DNA of 36,360 nucleotides from a virus (Duplodnaviria > Caudoviricetes), in IMG/VR virus record IMGVR_UViG_3300020042_005881, positions 1 to 36,360 of that record. One strand, given 5' to 3'. The notes beneath the pieces were generated by a model. That model worked only from the letters and a program-made list of their open reading frames with translations, did not search any database and was not told where the DNA came from. The position numbers and the translations under genes are program-made. This document shows positions 1 to 7,765 of the stretch, piece after piece (the stretch's first letter is position 1; each line of letters starts with the position of its first letter).

Positions 1-50
1 ATGTTCGGCTTTTGATCCTCCGGCTTTGCGGGACTCCTTGAGTGCCTAAT

Positions 51-140
51 ATGGACACCCTCCTTCTCCTTAAAACCATATTTGCCCTCTCAGTAGCATT
101 CTCCTTAGTTTCCACCGTTTACGCCTTGTTTTCCGAATGA
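51..140 (+). CDS. 29-aa hydrophobic microprotein (MDTLLLLKTIFALSVAFSLVSTVYALFSE)
   Basis: Read manually (below ORF-track cutoff); ATG at 51, TGA overlaps next start as ATGA at 137-140; single hydrophobic stretch. Confidence 0.55.
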   Translation: MDTLLLLKTIFALSVAFSLVSTVYALFSE

Positions 141-322
141 AAATTCCATCACCGTATAAAATAGGCAGGAACGGGACAGGCTACCTGTCCAAACTCCGCA
201 AGCTAAAAAGCGGCGCGTGGAGCGCAGTGATTACGGCCACGGGCAAGGCTGGCCAGCCTCTATGGGAAGAGCGCCGCACGTTTACCCCGGGGCAAATCAA
301 AGCAGCAAGGGACGCCAACTAA
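137..322 (+). CDS. Hypothetical basic protein, 61 aa
   Basis: ORF coupled at both ends (ATGA upstream, TAATG downstream). Confidence 0.65.
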   Translation: MKIPSPYKIGRNGTGYLSKLRKLKSGAWSAVITATGKAGQPLWEERRTFTPGQIKAARDAN

Positions 323-486
323 TGACCGCCACCCTCTACCGTTCCGGGTCGCTCTGGCGGGTTGCCTTTTATGTTTGCGGCGAGTTCGACCACAGTTTGC
401 TTTTTGATCGTGCGAGTGATGCTCGCCTATGGTGCACCCGGCAAGGGTACAAGCTGACACGCTCAAAGCATTTAGACCGCCCCTAA
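322..486 (+). CDS. Hypothetical protein, 54 aa (MTATLYRSG...)
   Basis: ATG at 322 in TAATG overlap; followed by terminator. Confidence 0.65.
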   Translation: MTATLYRSGSLWRVAFYVCGEFDHSLLFDRASDARLWCTRQGYKLTRSKHLDRP

Positions 487-516
487 GGGCAAACACAACT
501 AAGCGCGAAGCCGAAC

Positions 517-552
517 AAGGGCGCCTCCGAAAGGGGGCGCCCTTTCTTGTTT
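517..552 (+). terminator. Rho-independent terminator
   Basis: AAGGGCGCCTCC-GAAA-GGGGGCGCCCTT hairpin followed by TCTTGTTT, just after the 322..486 stop. Confidence 0.85.
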
Positions 553-735
553 TCACGCGCCCAGCTCCACCCCTTCGCACCCCTTTTCCCTATACGCACC
601 CAGAACGTACAGAATGCCCTCTTAAAAGCCCTTTGCCCTCTTTCTGCTATCATGTCATTGCCAGCAAACAAACTGCCTTGGAAACCGCCTCCTAGCTCGC
701 CTAAAGGGCGGTTCAATACGCGCTTAAAACGCAAA

Positions 736-826
736 CACGCGCGCCCACCCCCATGCGCCTACACGCCTACACGCGCCCACGCGCACGCCCACGCCCACGA
801 GCCCGCGCACGCGCACACGCACACGA
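736..826. repeat. Degenerate CACGCS hexamer tandem repeat, rich in alternating purine-pyrimidine steps
   Basis: ...CACGCGCCCACGCGCACGCCCACGCCCACGAGCCCGCGCACGCGCACACGCACACG... Confidence 0.75.
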
Positions 827-832
827 GAGGCC

Positions 833-1181
833 AAAATCCTAAAATCCAAAATCGGTAAAACCATTTCTCAAAAGTCATTTTACTCGGAAAAAGGGGACCC
901 GCCTGGCTTGTGCCTGGAGCTGGCTGGCTTGGATCATATCGGTGCCTTCACCGATATGGTTCACCGAATCTCCTAGGAGCTGGCCCCATAAACAAAGCAG
1001 CCCCGCCCCGCAGCAAACGGGAACGGAGCGTGCAAAGTAGCTGGCTTAGACACCGCTATATTGAACAGCCAGGTGCAGTTCGTCAACCAGCAATCTTGCG
1101 CCTGCACGAAGATTTCCCTAAACCTCCCGCTTCCTTTTGCCGAATCCTTAAATTGAAAATTGGAAAAACCATTTCTCAAAA
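833..1181 (+). repeat. Imperfect 41-bp direct repeat (833-873 and 1141-1181)
   Basis: 34/41 identical by manual alignment, with identical 17-bp core AAAACCATTTCTCAAAA at 857-873 and 1165-1181. Confidence 0.85.
935..958. repeat. Perfect 10-bp inverted repeat (hairpin or operator)
   Basis: CATATCGGTG-CCTT-CACCGATATG. Confidence 0.75.
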
Positions 1182-1224
1182 CTGAACTTACCCCGTGAAA
1201 ACGGACCCATGCCAACCATACCCC

Positions 1225-1530
1225 ATGAAACTAACTGACACCCAAGTAAACGAACTCATCACCGCAACCAAGAGCCGCCTCAAGAAGCAGGTGCTTTCTT
1301 CCAAGAAGACCATTAACGCCATTGCAACCCTGTGCGATCCACAGAGCATCGAAAACGCTGTGTGTGAGACAGGTCTGTGGGACGAACTAAACACGCTGGA
1401 GCCTTACATGAACCCAAAACAAGTCAACTGGTACAGTGACGAGGTCAGCATGGAGATTTACATGGCTTTTGCCCGCGAAGTCCGCAATTCCAACCCTCTC
1501 CTCGCAAAAGCCTTCGACCTTACCAAGTAA
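1225..1530 (+). CDS. Hypothetical protein, about 101 aa
   Basis: ORF track 1195..1530; ATG at 1225 (MKLTDTQV) preferred; tightly packed with downstream genes. Confidence 0.7.
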   Translation: MKLTDTQVNELITATKSRLKKQVLSSKKTINAIATLCDPQSIENAVCETGLWDELNTLEPYMNPKQVNWYSDEVSMEIYMAFAREVRNSNPLLAKAFDLTK

Positions 1531-1532
1531 TT

Positions 1533-1790
1533 ATGAGCACATCACGCTACTCCAAACCTGACACCTCACCGTCTCGCACAGACGACTACCCAGAACGCCA
1601 CATGAAACTACAGTTCCCTCCGCACGCCACCCTTCCCCGTTACAAAGGACTGCTCTTTAAGGCGGGCTTCTGGGCACTGCTTCTTGTCGATGCCTTGGCC
1701 CTTGGTGGCTCAAGCGACTTTGTCGAAGCAGTCACCTTCTCTGCTCTCACTATCATCAACGTAGCTGTCATGCTACACATCACTAAGTAA
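1533..1790 (+). CDS. Hypothetical membrane protein
   Basis: Two hydrophobic segments in C-terminal half; 2-nt and 1-nt gaps to neighbours. Confidence 0.65.
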   Translation: MSTSRYSKPDTSPSRTDDYPERHMKLQFPPHATLPRYKGLLFKAGFWALLLVDALALGGSSDFVEAVTFSALTIINVAVMLHITK

Positions 1791-1791
1791 T

Positions 1792-2376
1792 ATGAGCACA
1801 ATGAACGGTAGCGCCTATCACTGTCCACCCTCTAGGCACACTCGCTGTCTTGGAGATCGGTTCATCGAAGGCGATGCCCCCAAGGAGAGAACAAACTTGG
1901 AAGAGTTCCCGTTTCTAGTCGCAAAAGCGATAGCCGCCGGGCTGATTCGGTTACCGGGGCTAGGAGACCTGTTGGAAATTAAGCCTGTGGAAAAGCCCAT
2001 CGCTGACTGGCGCAAGAGCAGTTGTATCAAGTGTGGAGAAGTGTTTATACGAGGGCACCACCACATTGAGGCGTGTGCAGTGTGCCGGCTGGACGAACGT
2101 AAGTGCGCTTTCTGCCAAAAGCAGTTCCAGCCCACTGAGCGAAAACAAACATGCTGCTCTTCTGTCTGTCAGGAAAAGAAGATCAGTTTGCCAAAAGTTC
2201 CAACTAGAGTGCTCCCTACTCACATCTGTAAGGCGTGTGAGCAGCCCTATCTGGGGCGACTATCCGGTGCCGGCTGGGCCAAGACCTGTTCTGAGGCATG
2301 TGCCAATACCGCTAGGTCACAGCGCTATGCCCAGATGCGTGCAGCTAGGCTCGCTGTAAAGGCGAAGAAGCCTTAA
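1792..2376 (+). CDS. Cys-rich putative multi-zinc-finger protein
   Basis: CIKC, CAVC, CAFC, CCSSVC, CKAC, CSEAC motifs; basic C-terminus. Confidence 0.75.
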   Translation: MSTMNGSAYHCPPSRHTRCLGDRFIEGDAPKERTNLEEFPFLVAKAIAAGLIRLPGLGDLLEIKPVEKPIADWRKSSCIKCGEVFIRGHHHIEACAVCRLDERKCAFCQKQFQPTERKQTCCSSVCQEKKISLPKVPTRVLPTHICKACEQPYLGRLSGAGWAKTCSEACANTARSQRYAQMRAARLAVKAKKP

Positions 2377-2394
2377 GCCTTCCCCCCGCAGAGC

Positions 2395-2436
2395 AAAGAG
2401 GGCGTCCCAGTCTCCCGGGGCGCCCTCTTTTTGTTT
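2395..2436. terminator. Terminator between convergent gene blocks, probably bidirectional
   Basis: AAAGAGGGCGTCCC...GGGGCGCCCTCTTT hairpin with T tract on + strand and short A tract on the other side. Confidence 0.85.
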
Positions 2437-2452
2437 CTCGATTTCTACACGA

Positions 2453-2635
2453 CTACTGTTCGCCTTTCGGCTGCAACTCGTCCAGACCCTCCTGCGTCCA
2501 GCCCTCCCTGCGCATCTGTTGCTCTAGTGCTGCCGCCTTAACCTCTGCCCGCAGTGCACGAGCTTTGGCCTCTTGCAGGTGCATCTTGAGAGCCTCGATA
2601 AGGTAATGGCTTTCTAGGCGTTCGATGGGGGTCAT
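2453..2635 (-). CDS. Hypothetical coiled-coil protein, 60 aa
   Basis: ATG at 2635 in ATGA overlap; last gene before terminator. Confidence 0.65.
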   Translation of the reverse strand: MTPIERLESHYLIEALKMHLQEAKARALRAEVKAAALEQQMRREGWTQEGLDELQPKGEQ

Positions 2636-2961
2636 AGCAATTGTGTCCTCGCCCATGCCTCGCGGATTGCCTGCACTCTAGCAGCTTTCTCCGCATTCAG
2701 GCTGTGCAATTTGTTTTGCTGATACTCTTTTGCGCGCACAGATTTTTCAGCCCGTAACCCGGCAAAGAATTGATGTCGCACTGCACGTTTGTATTCGTGC
2801 TTGTTCATTGCCCCAATAGTGTCGCCGGTATCTTTTGCGATCTGTTTTACAGAGGCGCGCAACTTAATGAGGTCGGCCTTTACCCGCTTGATTTCAGTCT
2901 GCCCGAGATTTTCAAGTCTCGCGCCTGTTGCTGGTCCACGTAATGGACAATGCATGCTCAT
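2632..2961 (-). CDS. Hypothetical basic protein, 109 aa
   Basis: ATG at 2961 in ATGA overlap with upstream gene. Confidence 0.65.
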   Translation of the reverse strand: MSMHCPLRGPATGARLENLGQTEIKRVKADLIKLRASVKQIAKDTGDTIGAMNKHEYKRAVRHQFFAGLRAEKSVRAKEYQQNKLHSLNAEKAARVQAIREAWARTQLL

Positions 2962-3287
2962 TTCCTTTCCTCCCATTTACCCAACGTGCGTAAAAAAGCC
3001 TCTGCGCGTTGGCGTGCAGTTGCGTGCACATGCGCAAATGACCCGGCTGCGTACCAGACCCCAGGACCAGCGTCACGGCTGACAATCTCTAAAAGCTGCC
3101 GCGCAAACTCGGGCTTCATTTGATACAGTATGCTTTCGGCATCGTGCATAGCATTGAGATCACCGCACCAGTCCCACAACTGTGGACAAGTGCAGTCAAT
3201 CAAGTTGACCGTCCACATGTACACGCCGTCTTCTTTGCGCCAGCCACACTGCACGGCAATGGCTTGGTTAATTTGTTCTTCAGTCAT
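2958..3287 (-). CDS. Phage ABA-sandwich-like protein, paralog B
   Basis: MTEEQINQAIA...DWCGDLNAMHDAE...ATARQRAEAFLRTLGKWEE; family resemblance from memory; ATGA coupling. Confidence 0.65.
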   Translation of the reverse strand: MTEEQINQAIAVQCGWRKEDGVYMWTVNLIDCTCPQLWDWCGDLNAMHDAESILYQMKPEFARQLLEIVSRDAGPGVWYAAGSFAHVHATARQRAEAFLRTLGKWEERK

Positions 3288-3580
3288 TTCCCCTCCTCCC
3301 ATTTGCCTAGTGTCCGCAGAAACGCTTCTGCGCGTTCGCGGGCTGTTGCTCGCAATAAATACTCGTAGTGATGAGAGTTTGATATGTGCATTCCATATTC
3401 AAAGAGCAGTTCTTTGTCTCTCAGCACCTTCTCAGCCTCATGCATCGCGTTAAGGTCTGTGCAGTAGTCTGGGCAATCCAACACCCATCCTTGTGGCGTC
3501 TTATACATAGGGACAACTTTAGCCACATGACAAATGCCACACGCCTTGGCAATTGATTGGTTAATTTGTTCGTCAGTCAT
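3284..3580 (-). CDS. Phage ABA-sandwich-like protein, paralog A
   Basis: MTDEQINQSIA...PDYCTDLNAMHEAE...ATARERAEAFLRTLGKWEE. Confidence 0.65.
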   Translation of the reverse strand: MTDEQINQSIAKACGICHVAKVVPMYKTPQGWVLDCPDYCTDLNAMHEAEKVLRDKELLFEYGMHISNSHHYEYLLRATARERAEAFLRTLGKWEEGK

Positions 3581-4191
3581 TTATGCACCTCACGCTTGAG
3601 GATATCTACGGCTACGGAAAGCTGACTCCATGTTATTAAATTCTGCCGGTTTCGTACCTGAGGCTGCCCAAGTCTGAGTAACTCAGAAGCCGTCAAAGTT
3701 GCAATGTTCAACGCCTCCAGCAGGTCAGTAATCTCAGAATCTAATTGCGCCTTCGTTTTTGAAGAATGAAGTTTCTTTTTTATATCGTCCGATGTGGGCA
3801 TGTTTGCAGGCCGCACAAACTCATAAGTAGTAAATCTGTGCTTACATATTAAACACTCTCTCCTTCTTCGTGTTTTAGAGTCGCGAAAATCGGGCCTGTT
3901 ATCGACAGTTTTATTTTTTTGCGAGCCACATTTTTCACAACGAAGAGCCGAAAGCCCGTTACGCTTTTGGTTTTTGATAATTTTTTTTGTAAGCACCATA
4001 TTGCTACAAGTTGTTTTTGCCTCCAACCAATCAGCCGGAAGCCTTAACTTTTTTGCTATAATTGCACATGCTTCCGTTGGGCTTTCTGCTTCAAGATTCC
4101 AATGTTCACCGGGATAAGGGTCACCTTCACGATTCATGCCGTGGGTTCTGACTGAATACTCTTGTTTTTTTGATGTGTCTGCTGTGGTCAT
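3577..4191 (-). CDS. Protein with internal NrdR-type zinc ribbon
   Basis: CEKCG...TVDNR...RRRRECLICKHRFTTYE matches the NrdR N-terminal motif; no ATP-cone evident; ATG at 4191 chosen. Confidence 0.75.
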   Translation of the reverse strand: MTTADTSKKQEYSVRTHGMNREGDPYPGEHWNLEAESPTEACAIIAKKLRLPADWLEAKTTCSNMVLTKKIIKNQKRNGLSALRCEKCGSQKNKTVDNRPDFRDSKTRRRRECLICKHRFTTYEFVRPANMPTSDDIKKKLHSSKTKAQLDSEITDLLEALNIATLTASELLRLGQPQVRNRQNLITWSQLSVAVDILKREVHK

Positions 4192-4192
4192 A

Positions 4193-4492
4193 TTACTCGA
4201 TGGTATCAGGCGCCTCCACGGGGCCGCCAAGGGCCTCTATGGGCAGTTTAGTAAGCTGCTCAAAGTTGTGATTCAGTTCCATGCGGTCTGCAATGAACTG
4301 ACTGACCCGTCCCCAGTGCAGCATCACACTGGTGGCGTCTACGTGGTCGAGGAGGCAGAGAGCGCCCCTGAGTTCCCCTTCGAGTTCGTTGGCCCGCTGG
4401 GCAAGCCTGGTGATGGTGCGTTTGAGCACCGCGATCTCCTCGGGGATGATTACGTCCCGGATGAGCGATTGAGTGTAGTGGGTTTCTTTCAT
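4193..4492 (-). CDS. Hypothetical protein, 99 aa
   Basis: ORF in operon orientation, short coiled-coil segment. Confidence 0.65.
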   Translation of the reverse strand: MKETHYTQSLIRDVIIPEEIAVLKRTITRLAQRANELEGELRGALCLLDHVDATSVMLHWGRVSQFIADRMELNHNFEQLTKLPIEALGGPVEAPDTIE

Positions 4493-4525
4493 CAAAGTCT
4501 GTATCGGCTTGGGTCGGCTTGGACT

Positions 4526-5197
4526 TTAGGAATTTCTTTCAGCCGCCCGCTTTTTGCGAATCTGCTCTGCGATCTCAGCGTCAGCCTCGGCAGCAATTGC
4601 ACGCATGGCCACCATGTACGCCCTGTCACGTTCTGGCAGGTGGGAGAAATCATGGATGATCTCTGGGTTCTCTCGTGGACCACTGCCGCCCGTCAAGGGC
4701 GAGCAAGTGGGCTCACTTTTCTCCTTCTCTGATTTAACGGCGGGGGCTTGGGGCCCCGCCTTAAATCTGTTCTCTTTATCTCTAAAGCACGCCTGTGGGG
4801 CGTTCACGTGCCACGCCTCACAGGCGTTCACGAGCCGCGCCTGTGGGGCGTTGCCATGCGCCTGTGGGGCGTGGCTAATCGAGGTCAAAAAAAAGGCATT
4901 ACGGGTTGCTCGATAACCTCCGTTTGCGCCGGAAAAGATGCGCACTAGACCAGCCTTTTCAAGCTCAACCAGAGCCCTGCAAACGGTCCGTTGAGAGCAT
5001 CCCACATGCTCTGCGAGCTGCTCGTATGACGCCGAAAAACGTCTCTTGTGGTCAGTCGCTGCCGCGCTTTGGAAGTGGGTAAGTGCGCAGTAAATGGCAT
5101 AGGCATTGATGCCCAGCTTGCCGGCTTCAACGGCAGCATCACGAGTCTGCCAAGCAAACGGACCTTCGTCTTTTGGGTTCTCAGAACGTGGATTCAT
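4526..5197 (-). CDS. Helix-turn-helix replication initiator (lambda O-like organisation)
   Basis: FSASYEQLAEHVGCSQRTVCRALVELEKAGLV winged-HTH motif; internal iteron-like repeats; ATGA-coupled start at 5197. Confidence 0.75.
   Translation of the reverse strand: MNPRSENPKDEGPFAWQTRDAAVEAGKLGINAYAIYCALTHFQSAAATDHKRRFSASYEQLAEHVGCSQRTVCRALVELEKAGLVRIFSGANGGYRATRNAFFLTSISHAPQAHGNAPQARLVNACEAWHVNAPQACFRDKENRFKAGPQAPAVKSEKEKSEPTCSPLTGGSGPRENPEIIHDFSHLPERDRAYMVAMRAIAAEADAEIAEQIRKKRAAERNS
4790..4871. repeat. Four 13-bp iteron-like repeats, putative replication origin
   Basis: CGCCTGTGGGGCG at 4790, 4838 and 4859, inverted variant CGCCTCACAGGCG at 4814; spacing 24/24/21; AT-rich tract at 4761-4786. 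Confidence 0.8.
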
Positions 5198-5742
5198 TTC
5201 TCGCAACTGTACACGGTTTCCTGCAATTTCAACTTTGGGAGCACGTCCGTCGTGAAGCTGTGGTCGATGAAGCGCACCCTGTTTGTGGGCTGGATCGTCA
5301 GCCGGCCACACTCTAGTTTCACAAAGATGAACTCCTTGTCTTGCTCTGGCGCGTCTGACCAGCCGTCGTGCAAATGGGCAGTCGAAAACAAGTATTCCCC
5401 GTGTGAAATAGTGCCGTCTTTGAGCCTCACACTCACCTCCATTCCGCGCATAATTGGGTTCTGAAGGACTGTGAAATCATAGCTGTAACAGTCCCAAAGC
5501 TGGGCATCTTTGATGCTCCAAGGATCAGGATCTTTACTAAACGCCACTGCATGAGGCGGGATATTACGGTACAAAGCGCCCCCGTCTCGCAGGATGACGT
5601 TAATGCCCCACGCTCGTCCAGGGATGGATGTCAGGCCCACCCACATGGCTTCTACAAAGCCCACAGGCTCCTCGTGCGTGTAGGCACTGTCTACCCAGAT
5701 GTATCTGTGCGTTTGTAGTGCTCCGATCTTTGTGTAGTTCAT
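5194..5742 (-). CDS. Phage protein of unknown function, 182 aa
   Basis: ATGA-coupled at both ends; aromatic-rich globular sequence (QLWDCYS, GEYLF, QPTNR). Confidence 0.75.
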   Translation of the reverse strand: MNYTKIGALQTHRYIWVDSAYTHEEPVGFVEAMWVGLTSIPGRAWGINVILRDGGALYRNIPPHAVAFSKDPDPWSIKDAQLWDCYSYDFTVLQNPIMRGMEVSVRLKDGTISHGEYLFSTAHLHDGWSDAPEQDKEFIFVKLECGRLTIQPTNRVRFIDHSFTTDVLPKLKLQETVYSCEK

Positions 5743-7073
5743 TTCCTCTTCTTTGGTTTCTCTTCTACTGGTTCTGGCTTGTAACACTGTTGCCAAATCA
5801 TTCCGTGTTTGTCAGGTGTAGGACTGTGTCGAATGTAGATCTTCGACGTAGGCGCCCCCTTCTCGAAGCACTTGATGTTCGAGCGTAGCCGGCGCTTCGT
5901 CATAGTCAGACTACATGTCAAAGGCTGGTTATCCTCAGTCTCGACTCGCTGCAACGTGATGACTTCCCGTGCCCAGTTCGTCAGCGCAGACGAGCCAAAG
6001 CCACTGTAAGCGAGGTCAGAATCAGTCCTTGCAGATGTCTCCTTGGGCTTTGGTAAGTGATGAATGATTGCCAACAGCACCCCGGTCTTCGAGCTGATTC
6101 GATTCAACTCATTACAGAACTTTGTCACTACGGCCTGGCCGCTGATGTCATCGCCTAGGTAACACATCAGCGGGTCAATCCAGACAACGTCCGGGGAGTG
6201 CTTAAGCACTAGCGTCTCCAGTACTCGCAAGAAGTCCGGCCCGGAGTGAATGTTGTCTCTATAAAAGATCACTCGTTCGTTTAGAAGCTCTCTTTCAGCC
6301 TCTCCACACTGGCTCTTCCCGTACTTGCAAAACACCGATTGCAAGATCTCAGCTTGGTCGCCTTGGTCGTTCTCGGCTTGGATAATCAGGCTCTTAAGAG
6401 GTTTGACTGGTATCAGGCCAAAGGTCAGGACTTCAGAGAAAGCACCGATCCCGTGGAGCGCCCAGCCGATTGCCAGCTGCATCGTCAATGAACTCTTCCC
6501 AATACCGCTCTGAGCATTTATGAGCACGCTACCACCCTTACACAGCCAGCGATTCCCGATCAGTGTGTTCTTATCGCACTCTGTATCATAGGACAGCAGG
6601 TCATTGAAGGTGCTGTGTACTATAGAACCTAGGCCGCGTTCAGCGTTGGCAGTCAAAGCCGCTACACTCAGGCCGGCTACGACCTGTTCTGTGGCCTCTC
6701 CAGTCGAGATGGCGTTGGTTGCCTTGAAAAGGGTAGTCAGCAGTTCCCGGCGCCGGGCTGCGTCCTGCACCAGTCCGCACCAGTCCCGCAGCGGTTCGAG
6801 TGAAGACATACCGGCAGCCAAGTCGGACAGGATGCTGTACGGGATGCCAGTCTTGGCAAGCCGGGTGAACAGCACGATGGGGTCCGTACTCAGACCCGCT
6901 CGGGCAGAGTCTTGGATACCGGCAAATATGGCCCCGAACTGGGGATTATGAAAGTCGCCTAGGGTGATCCCTGTAGCGGCGACAGTTGGCAGTGCAAGGG
7001 ATGGCGCAAAAAGTAGACACCCCAGCACTGCCCGCTCGGCTTGTTCAGCCTGCGGGATTATTGGCTCTCTCAT
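5739..7073 (-). CDS. Replicative helicase: DnaB-like N-terminal domain plus RecA-fold (RepA/AAA_25-like) ATPase
   Basis: PQAEQAERAVLGCLL DnaB-N motif; Walker A AQSGIGKS; Walker B VVWIDP; IIHH and GSSA motifs. Confidence 0.85.
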   Translation of the reverse strand: MREPIIPQAEQAERAVLGCLLFAPSLALPTVAATGITLGDFHNPQFGAIFAGIQDSARAGLSTDPIVLFTRLAKTGIPYSILSDLAAGMSSLEPLRDWCGLVQDAARRRELLTTLFKATNAISTGEATEQVVAGLSVAALTANAERGLGSIVHSTFNDLLSYDTECDKNTLIGNRWLCKGGSVLINAQSGIGKSSLTMQLAIGWALHGIGAFSEVLTFGLIPVKPLKSLIIQAENDQGDQAEILQSVFCKYGKSQCGEAERELLNERVIFYRDNIHSGPDFLRVLETLVLKHSPDVVWIDPLMCYLGDDISGQAVVTKFCNELNRISSKTGVLLAIIHHLPKPKETSARTDSDLAYSGFGSSALTNWAREVITLQRVETEDNQPLTCSLTMTKRRLRSNIKCFEKGAPTSKIYIRHSPTPDKHGMIWQQCYKPEPVEEKPKKRK

Positions 7074-7076
7074 TGC

Positions 7077-7292
7077 CTAGAGAGTCGCCTCTAATTCTCG
7101 CTGCGCTCGCGCCACGCTCGAAAGTGGCTTCGCCTCCAGGGTCCCCTGAAAAATCTGCACTGCCTTTGCCAAAGTCAGCATCTCCAGCCCGCCCACCTTC
7201 AACCCTCCCTGCCCGGTCCTCTTAAAGTCCTTGTCCACCTGCAACAACTCCTCTGCAATCCGCGCCGCCTCCAACAAGTCTGCTTTCATCAT
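7077..7292 (-). CDS. Hypothetical protein, about 71 aa
   Basis: ATG at 7292 (MMKADLL); ends 3 nt before helicase start. Confidence 0.6.
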   Translation of the reverse strand: MMKADLLEAARIAEELLQVDKDFKRTGQGGLKVGGLEMLTLAKAVQIFQGTLEAKPLSSVARAQRELEATL

Positions 7293-7348
7293 GGCATCGC
7301 TTTCGTAAAGTGTGTGCGTGATCGGATGCGCACCCCCCAATCGTTGGC

Positions 7349-7747
7349 TCAGAACGGGATCTCGTCCCCGCTCACATCTGTCGAGTCCAGCGGCAGCCAC
7401 CGCTTAATCTCAAGGTAAGCCTTGCCGGTCTTCTCAGAGATCTTGTCTCCCGGTGCGAGTACTACCTTCGCCACCTTGCCGACACAATCGTCGATCTCAA
7501 TGGCAAGCGGCTTCCCGTCTTCCACCTTGATCCCGATAGCATTGGCAAATTCAGCCAAGTTCTGGCTGTTCTTGGTCGTGAACACTACCCACGAGTTGAA
7601 CTTGAGGGGTCCAACTGCGACTTCAAGTTTAAGCATGTCGTTGCCAGCTTTGCTGATGGCTTCGACTGCGGACTCAATCTTGGCGATGTGAATCCCTGCT
7701 TCAATTGCTTGTTTCTGTTCGCCTAGTTCAATTTTTACGGATGGCAT
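7349..7747 (-). CDS. ssb: Single-stranded DNA-binding protein (DUF669-like)
   Basis: Acidic C-terminal tail ending DEIPF; directly downstream of annealase. Confidence 0.75.
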   Translation of the reverse strand: MPSVKIELGEQKQAIEAGIHIAKIESAVEAISKAGNDMLKLEVAVGPLKFNSWVVFTTKNSQNLAEFANAIGIKVEDGKPLAIEIDDCVGKVAKVVLAPGDKISEKTGKAYLEIKRWLPLDSTDVSGDEIPF

Positions 7748-7765
7748 GGTTTTGTTAGTTTTGGG

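Noticed and set aside
645-653. Extended -10-like TGCTATCAT on plus strand
   Set aside because: No matching -35 and no credible gene directly downstream; may be chance
833-1181. Direct repeats as a mini-CRISPR array
   Set aside because: Only two copies, 267 bp apart, far longer than a spacer, and not palindromic
429-1215. ORF-track calls 429..695, 547..858, 910..1185 and their antisense ORFs
   Set aside because: They cross a terminator and low-complexity repeats, lack coupling, and have atypical composition; treated as non-coding
4494-4527. AAAGTC/GACTTT stem enclosing two TCGGCTTGG copies
   Set aside because: Too short to distinguish from chance without comparative data
7295-7348. GTGCG/CGCAC hairpin downstream of ssb
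   Set aside because: Only a 5-bp stem with no U-tract; function unsupported
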